The notes under the pieces: generated by a model
The model's input: only the letters and a program-made list of their open reading frames with translations
Told to the model about the DNA's origin: nothing
Databases searched by the model: none
Translations under genes and position numbers: made by a program
Shown here: positions 40,426-50,350 of the stretch, piece after piece
Layout of the letters: the number at the start of each line of letters is the position of its first letter
How positions within the stretch are numbered: position 1 is the stretch's first letter
NCBI GenBank assembly: GCA_963662285.2
Contig: CAXXMV010000003.1
Span: 192,001 to 256,000 of the forward strand
Source of the DNA: a bacterium
GTDB lineage: Bacteria > Hinthialibacterota > Hinthialibacteria > Hinthialibacterales > Hinthialibacteraceae
DNA length: 64,000 bases
Direction of reading: 5' to 3'

Positions 40426-41088
40426 ATGATAATCCAAACCAAAAATCTTTTAAAAACCTATACCAAATCAAACCAGACAATCAATGCGATTGATAATCTT
40501 AATCTATCAATCGATGAGGGTGATTTCGTCGTGGTTCATGGCCCAAGTGGATGCGGTAAAAGCACGCTGCTGCTTTTATTGGGAGGCATGTTGCATCCCA
40601 CAGCGGGACAAGTTCTATATCAAGATAAAGACCTCTACGCGAGTCCAGCCTTTCTGCGTGGAACCTACCGCAAACGGGTAGTTGGCTTCATGTTTCAGAA
40701 ATTCTATTTAATGCCCTATCTGTCAGTCAGGGATAACATCAATTTATCGCTCTCCATTCGTAAAATGAAGCAGGGCAGTGCAGAGCGGGTAAGGTTGCTC
40801 ATCGACCGTCTGGGCATTTCCCAACGCATGAAACATCTACCAGAAGAACTCAGCGTAGGAGAACAGCAGCGCGTCGCGTTGGCGCGTACTTTAGCGGGAA
40901 ATCCAGATATAATCCTGGCCGATGAACCGACGGGCAATCTGGATAAAAATAATAAACAAATAATCGCCCAATGTCTAAAAGATGAAAACGCCCAAGGCAA
41001 AACAGTAGTCCTGGTAACCCACGACGAATCGCTAATAGAATTAGGCAACCAACAAATCCAATTATCGTCAGGTAAACTAACAGAGTAG
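40426..41088 (+). CDS. ABC transporter ATP-binding protein (MacB/LolD family)
   Basis: Walker A GPSGCGKST, LSVGEQQRVALAR, ADEPTGNLD, VTHD; starts 2 nt after the permease stop. Confidence 0.92.
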   Translation: MIIQTKNLLKTYTKSNQTINAIDNLNLSIDEGDFVVVHGPSGCGKSTLLLLLGGMLHPTAGQVLYQDKDLYASPAFLRGTYRKRVVGFMFQKFYLMPYLSVRDNINLSLSIRKMKQGSAERVRLLIDRLGISQRMKHLPEELSVGEQQRVALARTLAGNPDIILADEPTGNLDKNNKQIIAQCLKDENAQGKTVVLVTHDESLIELGNQQIQLSSGKLTE

Positions 41089-41091
41089 CTG

Positions 41092-41189
41092 GTAGGATGG
41101 GACAAAGCGCCAGCGTGTCCCTTCAAAACCACCTATGCATCACAGAAGGTAGGGTGGGCTAAAAGCGAAGCGTAGCCCACCAAAACCAC
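41092..41189 (+). repeat. Two GTAG-type REP-like palindromes (family A) in direct orientation
   Basis: GTAGGATGGGACAAAGCGCCAGCGTGTCCC (41092-41121) and GTAGGGTGGGCTAAAAGCGAAGCGTAGCCCACC (41149-41181), each followed by AAAACCAC, between convergent genes. Confidence 0.8.
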
Positions 41190-41190
41190 T

Positions 41191-41886
41191 CTATTTCTTC
41201 AAATTATCAAGAATAATCTCAGCCACCAACTTCGCCTGCGCTTCCTTACCCTTATCGTTGAAATGCACTCCATCAGAACCATGAAACTCAGGATGGTCAA
41301 TCATGGCGTTAAACAGATCATTGATGGGAACGCCATGTTTGATAGCCACTTCACGGGCGAATTTATTCCTTTGGATCACGCGTTCCGTCCGTTCCATCAA
41401 TTGATCCAGATTGCCCTTCTCGCGCATGGGAGTCGAACTAGCCCAGATCAGCGCTGTATCCTCTGTGTTTTCTTTAAGAGCATCGAACAACTTAACGATG
41501 CCATTATTATAAGATTCTTCAGTATACCCGAATCCATGCAGCCCATTATTGAAATGCACCACATCAAAATGATACTGCCGAAGCACCATGAGCAATTCAT
41601 CAAAGAACACCGGATCGCTGACGCAACGTGAGGTAGACAATCGGCCGCAATAAGCGATTCCATCAAGCTTTTTCTCGACCAGAGGATAATAACCCACCGT
41701 AATAGAGTCGCCAACAATCAAAACGCGGGGCAATTCATCTTTATCCGCATAGGGCAGCCAGATATTGCACCATTCAATATGCTCTCTAACTAACGGCTCC
41801 GAATCACCAATATCAGTAACCGTAGTGCATCCACACAACGATAACATAATGATGCCTAGCAGAATAAACCGTGGTTGGAAATTCAT
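41191..41886 (-). CDS. SGNH/GDSL hydrolase, predicted lipoprotein
   Basis: Lipobox LCGC; VGDSIT, HFNNGLHG, DGVHF. Start uncertain (41886-41958). Confidence 0.85.
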   Translation of the reverse strand: MNFQPRFILLGIIMLSLCGCTTVTDIGDSEPLVREHIEWCNIWLPYADKDELPRVLIVGDSITVGYYPLVEKKLDGIAYCGRLSTSRCVSDPVFFDELLMVLRQYHFDVVHFNNGLHGFGYTEESYNNGIVKLFDALKENTEDTALIWASSTPMREKGNLDQLMERTERVIQRNKFAREVAIKHGVPINDLFNAMIDHPEFHGSDGVHFNDKGKEAQAKLVAEIILDNLKK

Positions 41887-42024
41887 AAAATTACTCTTCT
41901 TCATGGTCTTCGGGATTAGTTTCATTTTATTATACGCCTCACAAAAGTATTTTCTCAATTGTTCTTTTTACTGAATCAAGCATCAAAAGGCGTGGATGCC
42001 AAGAGCATGACTTTAATATATGAA

Positions 42025-42064
42025 GGGTGCCAAGGGCAAGACCGCAATGCGGTCAGCCCTTGAT
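42025..42064 (+). repeat. Family-B palindrome
   Basis: GGGTGCCAAGGGCAAGACCGCAATGCGGTCAGCCCTTGAT, nearly identical to 28345 and 58011. Confidence 0.85.
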
Positions 42065-42094
42065 GCAATAACTTAAGATATAGAGTCAACCTCT

Positions 42095-43471
42095 CTAAGA
42101 AAACCGCAAAGCGTCAACCGGAACCAACCGTGAAGCGCGTATAGCCGGATAGATGGAAGCCAGAAAACTGATCACCATAGTATATACGCTAACCCACAGG
42201 AAATCGGTGAATATCATCCGGCAGGGCAGGTATTTCATATAATACACCTGCCCATCGCCCGGCAATGTGATGGGGACAGTCTGAATAAAGGTGCACACGC
42301 CCAACCCCCCGGTTATGCCCAGGGTCACTCCCAACGCGCCGACAATCAAACCGAAGAATATAAAGATCAGCATAATATTTTTACGTCCGGCGCCGATAGC
42401 GCGCAACAGACCGATATCGCGCGTCTTGTCAGTCACCACCATGAAGATAGTGGCGATGATGTTAAAAGTAGCCACCAGGATTATGATTTTCAGAATGCAG
42501 TCCATCACCATCTTTTCATAGGCTAAAGCCCTGAAGAAGACTTGGTGTTTACTCATCCATGTATTGCCCCGTGGACGACTATCCAGCATCTCCTGGCTGC
42601 GGTTGTAAATATTTATGAAAGATTGCTCTGTTGCATCTTGTGAATGATCATGCAATTTGAATTGTAAAGCGGGGACGCGGCCTTGGGGAATCTCCAGCAT
42701 GGTCTGCGCCGATAGCAGCGACATATATACCAGAGCCGAATCATACTCATAGTTACCCGTTTTGAATACGCCTTCAACTGCGAATGTTCGTTCCGAAGGT
42801 TCAGCTTCAGCAAAAGAGACCACGTCATGAGGTATGGTCATTATGGTCAAGCGCTGGCCGATCACGTATTTGAATGTTTCTTCATCAGCTGAACCTTCCG
42901 TCTCCCTGATACCGAAAAAGAGTGAAGCCATCTCTTTGCCAATGATAATACCCGGCAGTTTCTTCTCGCCGGAGCGTTGCGCAACCAGCTGATCCAGTTT
43001 CATCATCTCAGAAGATTCAGGCGGTCTCTTCTCCTCTTTTAATCCATCTAAACTACCAGCCACCAGGAATTCTTTGATCCCCGTGACTTTGGATTCACGC
43101 TCCGGATCGATTCCTACAAAAGAGACGATATTGACGTTTTCGCTGGGGAAATCAGTGCGTTGAATCAATCCCCATTTCGAGACCATCGGTGAGCAGGCGT
43201 CTACATTGGGCAGTTTTTCCAGTTCCGTCATTATAGATTCAGGATCGCTCAAACCACCATCGTCGGGGTATTCCATGATAATATGGGAACTGACCTGGAT
43301 CATGGATGAACGCAAAAAATGCCCAAACCCATTCATCACCGAAAGCACTGTGATAAGAGAAGCCACCCCTAAAGCAACTCCGGTCATACTGATCATTGTT
43401 AGCAGAAAGATGAAAGTAGCTCCACCTTTGGGTTTAAGATATTTTTGTGCAATAAACCATTCGTAGCGCAT
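42095..43471 (-). CDS. lolE: Lipoprotein-releasing ABC transporter permease LolC/E type
   Basis: MRYEWFIAQKYL, GVALGVASLITVLSVMNGF, VATFNIIAT, DKTRDIGLLRAIGA, SIYPAIRAS...PVDALR. Confidence 0.85.
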   Translation of the reverse strand: MRYEWFIAQKYLKPKGGATFIFLLTMISMTGVALGVASLITVLSVMNGFGHFLRSSMIQVSSHIIMEYPDDGGLSDPESIMTELEKLPNVDACSPMVSKWGLIQRTDFPSENVNIVSFVGIDPERESKVTGIKEFLVAGSLDGLKEEKRPPESSEMMKLDQLVAQRSGEKKLPGIIIGKEMASLFFGIRETEGSADEETFKYVIGQRLTIMTIPHDVVSFAEAEPSERTFAVEGVFKTGNYEYDSALVYMSLLSAQTMLEIPQGRVPALQFKLHDHSQDATEQSFINIYNRSQEMLDSRPRGNTWMSKHQVFFRALAYEKMVMDCILKIIILVATFNIIATIFMVVTDKTRDIGLLRAIGAGRKNIMLIFIFFGLIVGALGVTLGITGGLGVCTFIQTVPITLPGDGQVYYMKYLPCRMIFTDFLWVSVYTMVISFLASIYPAIRASRLVPVDALRFS

Positions 43472-43510
43472 GAATTAACCTTGTCTAATTATTTATTTGG
43501 ACAGTTTTTA

Positions 43511-43598
43511 TCCCTCCCCCAAGCCTGGGGGAGGTTAGGAGGGGGTTGATTCGTCAAAGCGCAACCCCCCTCTAACTCCCCCCAATCTTGGGGGGAGA
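43511..43598. repeat. Inverted doublet of family-C-like palindromes
   Basis: TCCCTCCCCCAAGCCTGGGGGAGGTTAGGAGGGGGTTG (43511-43548) followed 13 nt later by its approximate reverse complement (43562-43598). Confidence 0.8.
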
Positions 43599-43668
43599 AT
43601 CTTTACCTGGTCGTTCTGTATTTCACATCTTTTGTTTATGATAGAGTAGTTTAAATACCAATTTCTCC

Positions 43669-45285
43669 ATGAATTATTATGATAGCATGACCCATGAAGG
43701 GACAAGAGATGCCGTGAATCGTTCCAACAGAATATTATTATCAATCCTGCTGATAGGTTTCCTGATCCGCGCCGTCGGTTTGAACATAGTCCCGCCCGCC
43801 TTGAATTCCGATGAGTTGCTAAAAGCCTTCGATGGCGCCTCGGTTTACCGCACCGGTATGGATCATCACGGCGACTCATGGCCTCTTTTCTTTAAACAAT
43901 CGGGAGAATACAGCCCCCCGCTATATATTTATTTCGCAGGCTTATTCTCAACCCTATTCGGAGTCAATGAATATACCGTCCGCCTACCCTCCGCTATACT
44001 GGGAGCAGCGTCCATCCTGGTGGTTTTTCTGTTTATCCGGCAATATTGGGGAGAAAAAACCGCTCTCATAGCAGCAGCCCTGGTTGCATTCTCACCGTGG
44101 CATGTCCATTACAGCCGTATCGGCTGGGAAGCCATCTCCCTGGTTCCCTTGCAATTATTAGCCCTATGGCAATTCCATTGCTGGAGCGCATCCAACCGCT
44201 GGCGCCATATCCTTCTGTCTGTCAGTTGCTTTGGCTTGACGATGTACGCCTATCCCGTGGCGCGGTTATCGTCAGTGATATTAATGACCGGGCTGGCCGC
44301 GATCCATTGGAGGGCGCTTATAAAGAATCCTAAGCAGGTGGCCGTGTCATTTGCGCTATTCATCCTATGGCTCTGCCCCTATTTATACGCCTTAAGTCAA
44401 AACCAAACAGCCATGCAGGCCCGTTGGAACTTCGTCTCAGTATTCAATCGTGATGATGGATTGCTGATTTTTATTAAACAATACTTCATGCACATGTCGC
44501 CCGATTTCTTATTCATACACGGCAATCCTAATTCGCTCCATTCCCTGGCTGGAGGTCTGGCGTTGTGCGTTTTACTGCCATTTTTTATCGCCGGAATAGT
44601 CAGAATTATCCGGCATAGATCAAAGCAGGAACTGATACTGCTGCTCTGGTTTATAACTTTCGCCATCCCGTCAAGTTTGACCTATGACAAGTTCGATCCT
44701 CATAGTATGCCTAACGCATTGCGCACCGTGAACGGAATGCCAATCCTGGAAATAATCAGCGCCATAGGGATAGTCTGGTTGATTGGTCTGATTAAAAAGC
44801 CCCGCTGGTCTAGCTGCGCCGCGATAGTGATTACAACCCTCATCGGTCTAAACATATTATACGTAGGATATGATGCAGCGTTTTATTATCCAAAACGTTC
44901 TGCCGAAATTTGGCAATACGGTCTACGTGAAGCAGTGCAGTATCTTGAAGCCAACAAGGCGCAGTATGACCGGGTGGTGATATCGCATAAGGCGCGTTTG
45001 CATCCTGTGGCATTGGCGGTTTTCGCGGGTAAGACTCCAGCTCCGTTTTCGGGAGAAGATTTTCCCAAGTATATAATACCATTCTATCACTATGTACCAA
45101 TTTACCGCGATTTTCGCATGAAACAATATCAGCAATACGGTTTGATATCACGCTGGTACACTATGGCAAAAGGCAAGAATCTATTGCTGGCTCAGGCTGG
45201 AGAGATCGATGACGAAAAGATGCTCTGGAGCATAAATAATCCCGATGGTACTCCAGCCTATGAGATATACGGAACCGACAGGTGA
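43669..45285 (+). CDS. GT-C fold membrane glycosyltransferase (ArnT/PMT_2, GT39/GT83-like)
   Basis: PPALNSDE, YSPPLYIY, VRLPSA, FSPWHVHYSR; multiple TM segments; C-terminal soluble domain. Start may be 43687. Confidence 0.85.
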   Translation: MNYYDSMTHEGTRDAVNRSNRILLSILLIGFLIRAVGLNIVPPALNSDELLKAFDGASVYRTGMDHHGDSWPLFFKQSGEYSPPLYIYFAGLFSTLFGVNEYTVRLPSAILGAASILVVFLFIRQYWGEKTALIAAALVAFSPWHVHYSRIGWEAISLVPLQLLALWQFHCWSASNRWRHILLSVSCFGLTMYAYPVARLSSVILMTGLAAIHWRALIKNPKQVAVSFALFILWLCPYLYALSQNQTAMQARWNFVSVFNRDDGLLIFIKQYFMHMSPDFLFIHGNPNSLHSLAGGLALCVLLPFFIAGIVRIIRHRSKQELILLLWFITFAIPSSLTYDKFDPHSMPNALRTVNGMPILEIISAIGIVWLIGLIKKPRWSSCAAIVITTLIGLNILYVGYDAAFYYPKRSAEIWQYGLREAVQYLEANKAQYDRVVISHKARLHPVALAVFAGKTPAPFSGEDFPKYIIPFYHYVPIYRDFRMKQYQQYGLISRWYTMAKGKNLLLAQAGEIDDEKMLWSINNPDGTPAYEIYGTDR

Positions 45286-45288
45286 AAA

Positions 45289-46209
45289 TCAGAGAAACTT
45301 GATTGACTCGAACATGAAGGATTGAAGAATGGATGCTTTCAAAATGTTTAATAAATAAGTCAATCCGGGATTAATGCACAGAAACGCGAATATAGGCGAA
45401 AGATCAATGAAATCAATTCTGGCCCAGGGCATCAGTCGTTGGAAGAAGCCCAGGTATGGATCAGACATAGAGCGGACAATCTGCACAAGTACGCTATATT
45501 GATCAGCGCCGATCCATGATGACAGTATGGCTAGCAGTAAAATCAACCAATAAAAATTGATCAATGCCAGCGCCATATCGATCATGCAGATTGCGAAGGC
45601 ATTCATAAATGCATCCGGCCCTTGAAACACGGTCATACTCAAAACCGTAGCCAGAAATGCGCCGCAAGGCAGGATAACCGCGGAACTGACCAGAAACAAC
45701 TTGGTTAAATCATTGGTTTTGATGAATTTCTGAGCATATTTGAATATGGCGAAAGTGCGTTCCTGAAAACACATAAATCCCGCATTGCTGCCCAGCGTGA
45801 TGCCGCGTCGCGATACCATCAAACTGGCGAACAGAAACCCAATCAATAACTGAGATACCAGCATGACTCCCATGCTGAAACTGACCGCAATAGCATAAAT
45901 CAATGATATCCGCCCCGCTGCGCTATGCACCAGAACCATGCCATTCATAGTGGCGGCGCCCAGCACCCAGATAACCAGCCCCCGAATCAGCAGCGTTATG
46001 CCAATAGCCGCGAAAGGCATGTTTTCATCAAGGTGACGCGCTCCACGGGGCATTATCTGTTTGAGCGGTTTAATTATCTTTTCGGTAATAGTTACGATGG
46101 CAACCATAATCGGCCCGAAACCATAAAAGCGGTATTTTTCGATAAAATAGCGCACAAATAAGATGACGATAATAACAGTAAAAAAGAAATTTAATATTGA
46201 AAAAAGCAT
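45289..46209 (-). CDS. YggT family membrane protein, unusually long
   Basis: C-terminal ILSSWI...MSDPYLGFFQRLMP...IDLSPIFA; N-terminal ITEKIIKPLKQIMP. Confidence 0.75.
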   Translation of the reverse strand: MLFSILNFFFTVIIVILFVRYFIEKYRFYGFGPIMVAIVTITEKIIKPLKQIMPRGARHLDENMPFAAIGITLLIRGLVIWVLGAATMNGMVLVHSAAGRISLIYAIAVSFSMGVMLVSQLLIGFLFASLMVSRRGITLGSNAGFMCFQERTFAIFKYAQKFIKTNDLTKLFLVSSAVILPCGAFLATVLSMTVFQGPDAFMNAFAICMIDMALALINFYWLILLLAILSSWIGADQYSVLVQIVRSMSDPYLGFFQRLMPWARIDFIDLSPIFAFLCINPGLTYLLNILKASILQSFMFESIKFL

Positions 46210-46427
46210 AGTTAACCTATAGATTTTATATAGTAAAATTCACTCTATCGAAGTATCCTTCAAAAAGCGGTTTCACGCAATACAGACTAAAAATCAAAAA
46301 TTGCATTTATGTAATAGAATCGTATATTTTACTCAAGGGTTTGTAAGTACTAAATGCCCATATATACTCAAAATGCTTGTTAAGTATGACAACCCCGAAT
46401 TCCCATGTCATTAAGTTAACCTTGTCG

Positions 46428-46764
46428 TCCCCTCTCCTGGCGGGAGAAGGCTAGGGTGAGGGATTTATTAGACATACTGGGTGCCAAGGGCAGTGTATTT
46501 TCTGCCCTTGATGCGATCACCTGTGTATCTCAGCGCGTAGGGTGGGTCACGCCTTATCGACCCACCGGGAATAATTTCTTAATTTGGTAACGCGTAGGAT
46601 GGGCTAAAAGCCGCGAAGCGGCGTAGCCCACCGGGAATAATTTCTTAATTTAGTAACGCGTAGGATGGGCTAAAAGCCGCGAAGCGGCGTAGTCCACCGG
46701 GAATAATTTTTTGATTTGGTAACGCGTAGGATGGGCTAAAAGCCGCGAAGCGGCGTAGCCCACC
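46428..46764 (+). repeat. Mosaic REP cluster (BIME-like): family C, family B, then four family-A palindromes, the last three in a 66-bp tandem
   Basis: C at 46428-46462; B variant at 46479-46511; A at 46537, 46594, 46660, 46726, separated by the near-identical linker GGGAATAATTTCTTAATTTGGTAACGC. Confidence 0.9.
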
Positions 46765-46853
46765 AAGAATAACTTAATGGCATTGGTTAGAAGGGTTTGC
46801 GCTTAGACATAAGTTATTACATGAATCGCTCCAACACAGGAATAATAAATAAT

Positions 46854-47975
46854 ATGACCCGCAATCCAAGAATCGGCATAGAGAGTTCAATATTAACGCG
46901 CTCACGGGCAGGCATCGGATTTTACACCGACAACCTGGTCAGATGTCTGGCGGATCTACCTGGTGATGAAGAATATACCCTGCTATACAACCGCCCGCTT
47001 CCAAAAATGGATTTACCAGCGCGGATGCGTCACTCAATGCAAGGCCCGCGCAGCACCCACTTGTGGGCCCAAACTCGTTTGTCATCTATATGCAGAGGGC
47101 AGGGCATCGACCTGCTGCATAGCCCCGGCCAGGGAATCCCATTGTTGTATGATGGACCGTCGGTTTTAACCATCCACGACCTTTCTCCATTAATTTTCCC
47201 TCAGCAGAAAGATTTTACCTCACGTTTAATCTGGAACAGTTTGGTTCCAATCATGGCGCGCCGGGCGGATCATATAATAACAGTTTCCGATAATACCAAG
47301 CGCGATGTAATCGACCTGCTGGGCATAGCTGAACACAAAATAACCCGAATCTATGAAGCTGCATCAGATATTTTTTATCCCGAACCGGATGAAGCAAGCA
47401 AAGCCCGTTTTCGCAAGGACAAGCATCTGGAGCCGGGATATATCCTTGCCGTAGGAACCTTGGAGCCGCGTAAAAAATACCCCTTCCTCTTCAAACTATT
47501 CGCCAAGTGGTTGAAACACTCAAAACCCGACGCCACCCTGGTGGTAGTAGGTAAAGACGGTTGGTTATACGATGAAATATACGAAACCTTCGAATCGCTC
47601 AATATAAAGCGCAACGTCCGCTTTGAAGGATATGTAGCCGATCTGGATTTAATGAGGATGTACTATTCAGCGGCTCAGTTTTCTATTCTCACGCCGCAAT
47701 ATGAAGGTTTCTGGCTGCCCGGTTTGGAGTCAATGGCCTGTGGAACCCCGGTTATAGCGCCAAACCATTCATCCATAACCGAGGTGGCCGGTAAAGCGGG
47801 ATGCCTGATCGACAGCTGGGACTATGATGAATGGATAGAAGCCATGGATCGCCTATGGATGACGGATGAACGAGAAGAGTGGTCAAAAAAAGGCATAAAA
47901 CGAGCCAAAGATTTCTCGTGGCAAAAAGCAGCCAAAGAAACCCTGGAAGTATACAGATCAGTTCTATCCATGTAG
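46854..47975 (+). CDS. Glycosyltransferase family 4 (mannosyltransferase-like)
   Basis: AGIGFY, TIHDL, ITVSDNTKRD, VGTLEPRK, YEGFWLPGLESMACGTPV, FSWQKAA. ATG 46854 preferred over track start 46797. Confidence 0.9.
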   Translation: MTRNPRIGIESSILTRSRAGIGFYTDNLVRCLADLPGDEEYTLLYNRPLPKMDLPARMRHSMQGPRSTHLWAQTRLSSICRGQGIDLLHSPGQGIPLLYDGPSVLTIHDLSPLIFPQQKDFTSRLIWNSLVPIMARRADHIITVSDNTKRDVIDLLGIAEHKITRIYEAASDIFYPEPDEASKARFRKDKHLEPGYILAVGTLEPRKKYPFLFKLFAKWLKHSKPDATLVVVGKDGWLYDEIYETFESLNIKRNVRFEGYVADLDLMRMYYSAAQFSILTPQYEGFWLPGLESMACGTPVIAPNHSSITEVAGKAGCLIDSWDYDEWIEAMDRLWMTDEREEWSKKGIKRAKDFSWQKAAKETLEVYRSVLSM

Positions 47976-48062
47976 GGTGCGCCCCTCGTGGGCGCCCGGA
48001 GGTACAAGCACAACAGATTAAAAAAATCAGGGTGCCAAGGGCAGTGTCTTGTCTGCCCTTGA
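47972..48062 (+). repeat. Family-D plus family-B composite
   Basis: GTAGGGTGCGCCCCTCGTGGGCGCCC (47972-47997, identical to 57961-57986), then GGGTGCCAAGGGCAGTGTCTTGTCTGCCCTTGA (48030-48062). Confidence 0.85.
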
Positions 48063-48115
48063 AAGAATTCCCCTAATTGTATTTCTAACCCAACAAAAAC
48101 TTATTGAGGAAAAAA

Positions 48116-49201
48116 ATGCGAGTTGTTTTTATAGAACCATCCGGCGCTGGAGGCATCGCTCATTGCACCTATGCCCTAGCCAAAGCGCTTGGCGCTCAAA
48201 AGGTTCAATGCGACATCATAACCGGAGTCAGGTGGGATGAACGTGACTTGCCTGATAACGTCCACGTCCATCGTGTTTTCCGTGGAAAACGCACCAATCC
48301 ACTTCGCCTATGGTCGATCTGCCGCCGTTTAAGAAAAGAGGCCGATATAGTTCATTGGCAATGCGCTACCTATCCCCGGCTTATGCTAAATCTTATGCGC
48401 TTGATTCCTCTGAAGAAGATTCCCTGGATATACACCGTACATAACGTCCTGCCCCATGAGGCCGATGATTCATCTGTGGCGCTATACCGAAAAATTTATC
48501 ATCGCATGCAGGGCATGATTTTTCATACCAATCATTCACGGACGACATTTAACAAACTTTTCCCCGAAACCAAGGCGGCCAGTCAGATTATTCCATTAGG
48601 TGAATATGGTTTCTTGTTAAATGAATCCAATACAGAAAACAAACCGGATCATCCAGTGATTCTCTTCTTCGGCAATATCCGGCCCTACAAGGGGTTGGAT
48701 ATATTACTGCGCTCTTTCGTCAATATCCATCAGCGCATCCCAAACACACGCCTCAAAATTGTAGGACAGGCGATTTCCTCTTTCGAGCCATATCAAAAGA
48801 TAATTGATGAATCAGGCATCGCCGCGTCAGTTGATATTCATCTAGGCTACATACCGGACGATGAATTATCCGAGGCGTTAAATCAATCAACTATTGCCGT
48901 GTTGCCATATCGCGACATAGATCAAAGCGCCGTGCTGATGTTGATGATGGCGGCGGGCAAGGCTATCGTGGCTTCCAAAGTCGGCGGCATTGATGAAGTG
49001 ATATCCCATAATCAGACCGGACTGCTGGTAACTCCAGGAGATATTAATGAATTGTCGAATGCGGTAATTACCCTGCTGAGCGATCCATCTAAAGTTCAAG
49101 AATTAGAGCAAAACGTTAAGTTAGATGCGCAGACGCGGTTTTCGTGGAAGACTATTGCAGCCCAAACGCTTGCTTTCTATAAAGACGCATCCAAGCCCTG
49201 A
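48116..49201 (+). CDS. Glycosyltransferase family 4
   Basis: GGIAH, YTVHNVLPHE, FFGNIRPYKG, LPYRDIDQS, SKVGGIDE, FSW. ATG 48116 with GAGG RBS. Confidence 0.9.
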   Translation: MRVVFIEPSGAGGIAHCTYALAKALGAQKVQCDIITGVRWDERDLPDNVHVHRVFRGKRTNPLRLWSICRRLRKEADIVHWQCATYPRLMLNLMRLIPLKKIPWIYTVHNVLPHEADDSSVALYRKIYHRMQGMIFHTNHSRTTFNKLFPETKAASQIIPLGEYGFLLNESNTENKPDHPVILFFGNIRPYKGLDILLRSFVNIHQRIPNTRLKIVGQAISSFEPYQKIIDESGIAASVDIHLGYIPDDELSEALNQSTIAVLPYRDIDQSAVLMLMMAAGKAIVASKVGGIDEVISHNQTGLLVTPGDINELSNAVITLLSDPSKVQELEQNVKLDAQTRFSWKTIAAQTLAFYKDASKP

Positions 49202-49202
49202 A

Positions 49203-50204
49203 TTACCAGTTATTGTCTTGTACATAACCAAGTTTGATCAATAAATCACCCGCTTGCTGCTTGAAAAGTTCTTTATCTTCAGCAGGCATATCTGTTTCCC
49301 ATCGTCCCCTAGCGCTGCTATGTATGGGCTTAGTCACATCCGGCGATGAGGCGTTGTATTCCAAACTGTGTGATTGATTCTTATTTTCATAATACTTAAG
49401 CGCATTTTCATCCCAAGGCTCATCTACGAAATCGAGAACAGTTCTCAAAGTATCTTCAGCAGAATGAATCAAATCTTCGTAACGGATTTCCAGGTAGTTG
49501 CCTGAATCTCTCCATTCCAGTCCGGCTTTGGTATCATTGAGCCAGCGTTGAATGCATTTGTTGGAATCAATGCACAGTTTATTGTGAATTAGTCTTCCAT
49601 TTTCCCATACATATTTGGGATGCGTTTTGAGTGAACAAAAGACGTCCCGTCCATCGCGGATCATATGAATCAATTTTGCTTTAGGAAAATAATTGGTGAT
49701 TTGTTCAAGATTGATAACATTTTTAGGAGTCTTTTCAGCCCACCGTTTTTTGCCCATTTTTGCGGAGTAACTTCTGAAAAAATTCTCTACTAAATGAGCG
49801 TAACAGAGAGAATTTTGATAAATCCTCCAAAATTCTTCTGCAGAAAAAGAAAAAGTTTTACATAATTGATACGTTTCAATTTGGTTGTTTCTGAAATTAC
49901 TAGTATCTGGATGAATAAATCTTCTTTTGTTGAACAGCAGTAATTCCGACTCCGGACCACAGGCAATGTTCTTGTGTGAATCCAGCATGACTCTCAACAA
50001 GGTGGTTCCACTGCGGCCGCATCCAAAAATAATGATAGGTGAATCTATTGATATGTATTCTTTGGTGAACCACTGATTATAATTGTTAAAAACAGTAGTA
50101 ATAACTTCGCATGCTTCTTCGGGCGATTTACCAAATCCCTTACAATTATCAGTAATCGCTGCAAAGCCTTTTGTAACTTTCTCAATTCGAATATTTGAGT
50201 TCAT
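49203..50204 (-). CDS. PAPS-dependent sulfotransferase (Sulfotransfer_3 / tyrosylprotein-sulfotransferase-like)
   Basis: 5'-PSB GCGRSGTTLL, WAEKTP, 3'-PB MIRDGRDV, IRYEDL, GRW. Confidence 0.88.
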   Translation of the reverse strand: MNSNIRIEKVTKGFAAITDNCKGFGKSPEEACEVITTVFNNYNQWFTKEYISIDSPIIIFGCGRSGTTLLRVMLDSHKNIACGPESELLLFNKRRFIHPDTSNFRNNQIETYQLCKTFSFSAEEFWRIYQNSLCYAHLVENFFRSYSAKMGKKRWAEKTPKNVINLEQITNYFPKAKLIHMIRDGRDVFCSLKTHPKYVWENGRLIHNKLCIDSNKCIQRWLNDTKAGLEWRDSGNYLEIRYEDLIHSAEDTLRTVLDFVDEPWDENALKYYENKNQSHSLEYNASSPDVTKPIHSSARGRWETDMPAEDKELFKQQAGDLLIKLGYVQDNNW

Positions 50205-50350
50205 GTGAATTTACCTTTTTAATCAATGCGCTACGATGCATTTAAGAATTTTGCAATTCACTCTAATTAATTTTCGTCAATCGAAATAGCCTGATTATGT
50301 TTTGTTTAATATTTAAACCGTAAACTGATGAAGCGAATAATAACGTTATT

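Noticed and set aside
43535-43879. 114-aa minus-strand ORF ending PPRLGGVRGG
   Set aside because: It overlaps the GT-C gene and reads through the palindrome doublet.
46537-46764. CRISPR-like repeat-spacer periodicity (39+27 bp)
   Set aside because: The spacers are near-identical to each other, the repeat is a GTAG palindrome also found singly elsewhere, and no cas genes are present.
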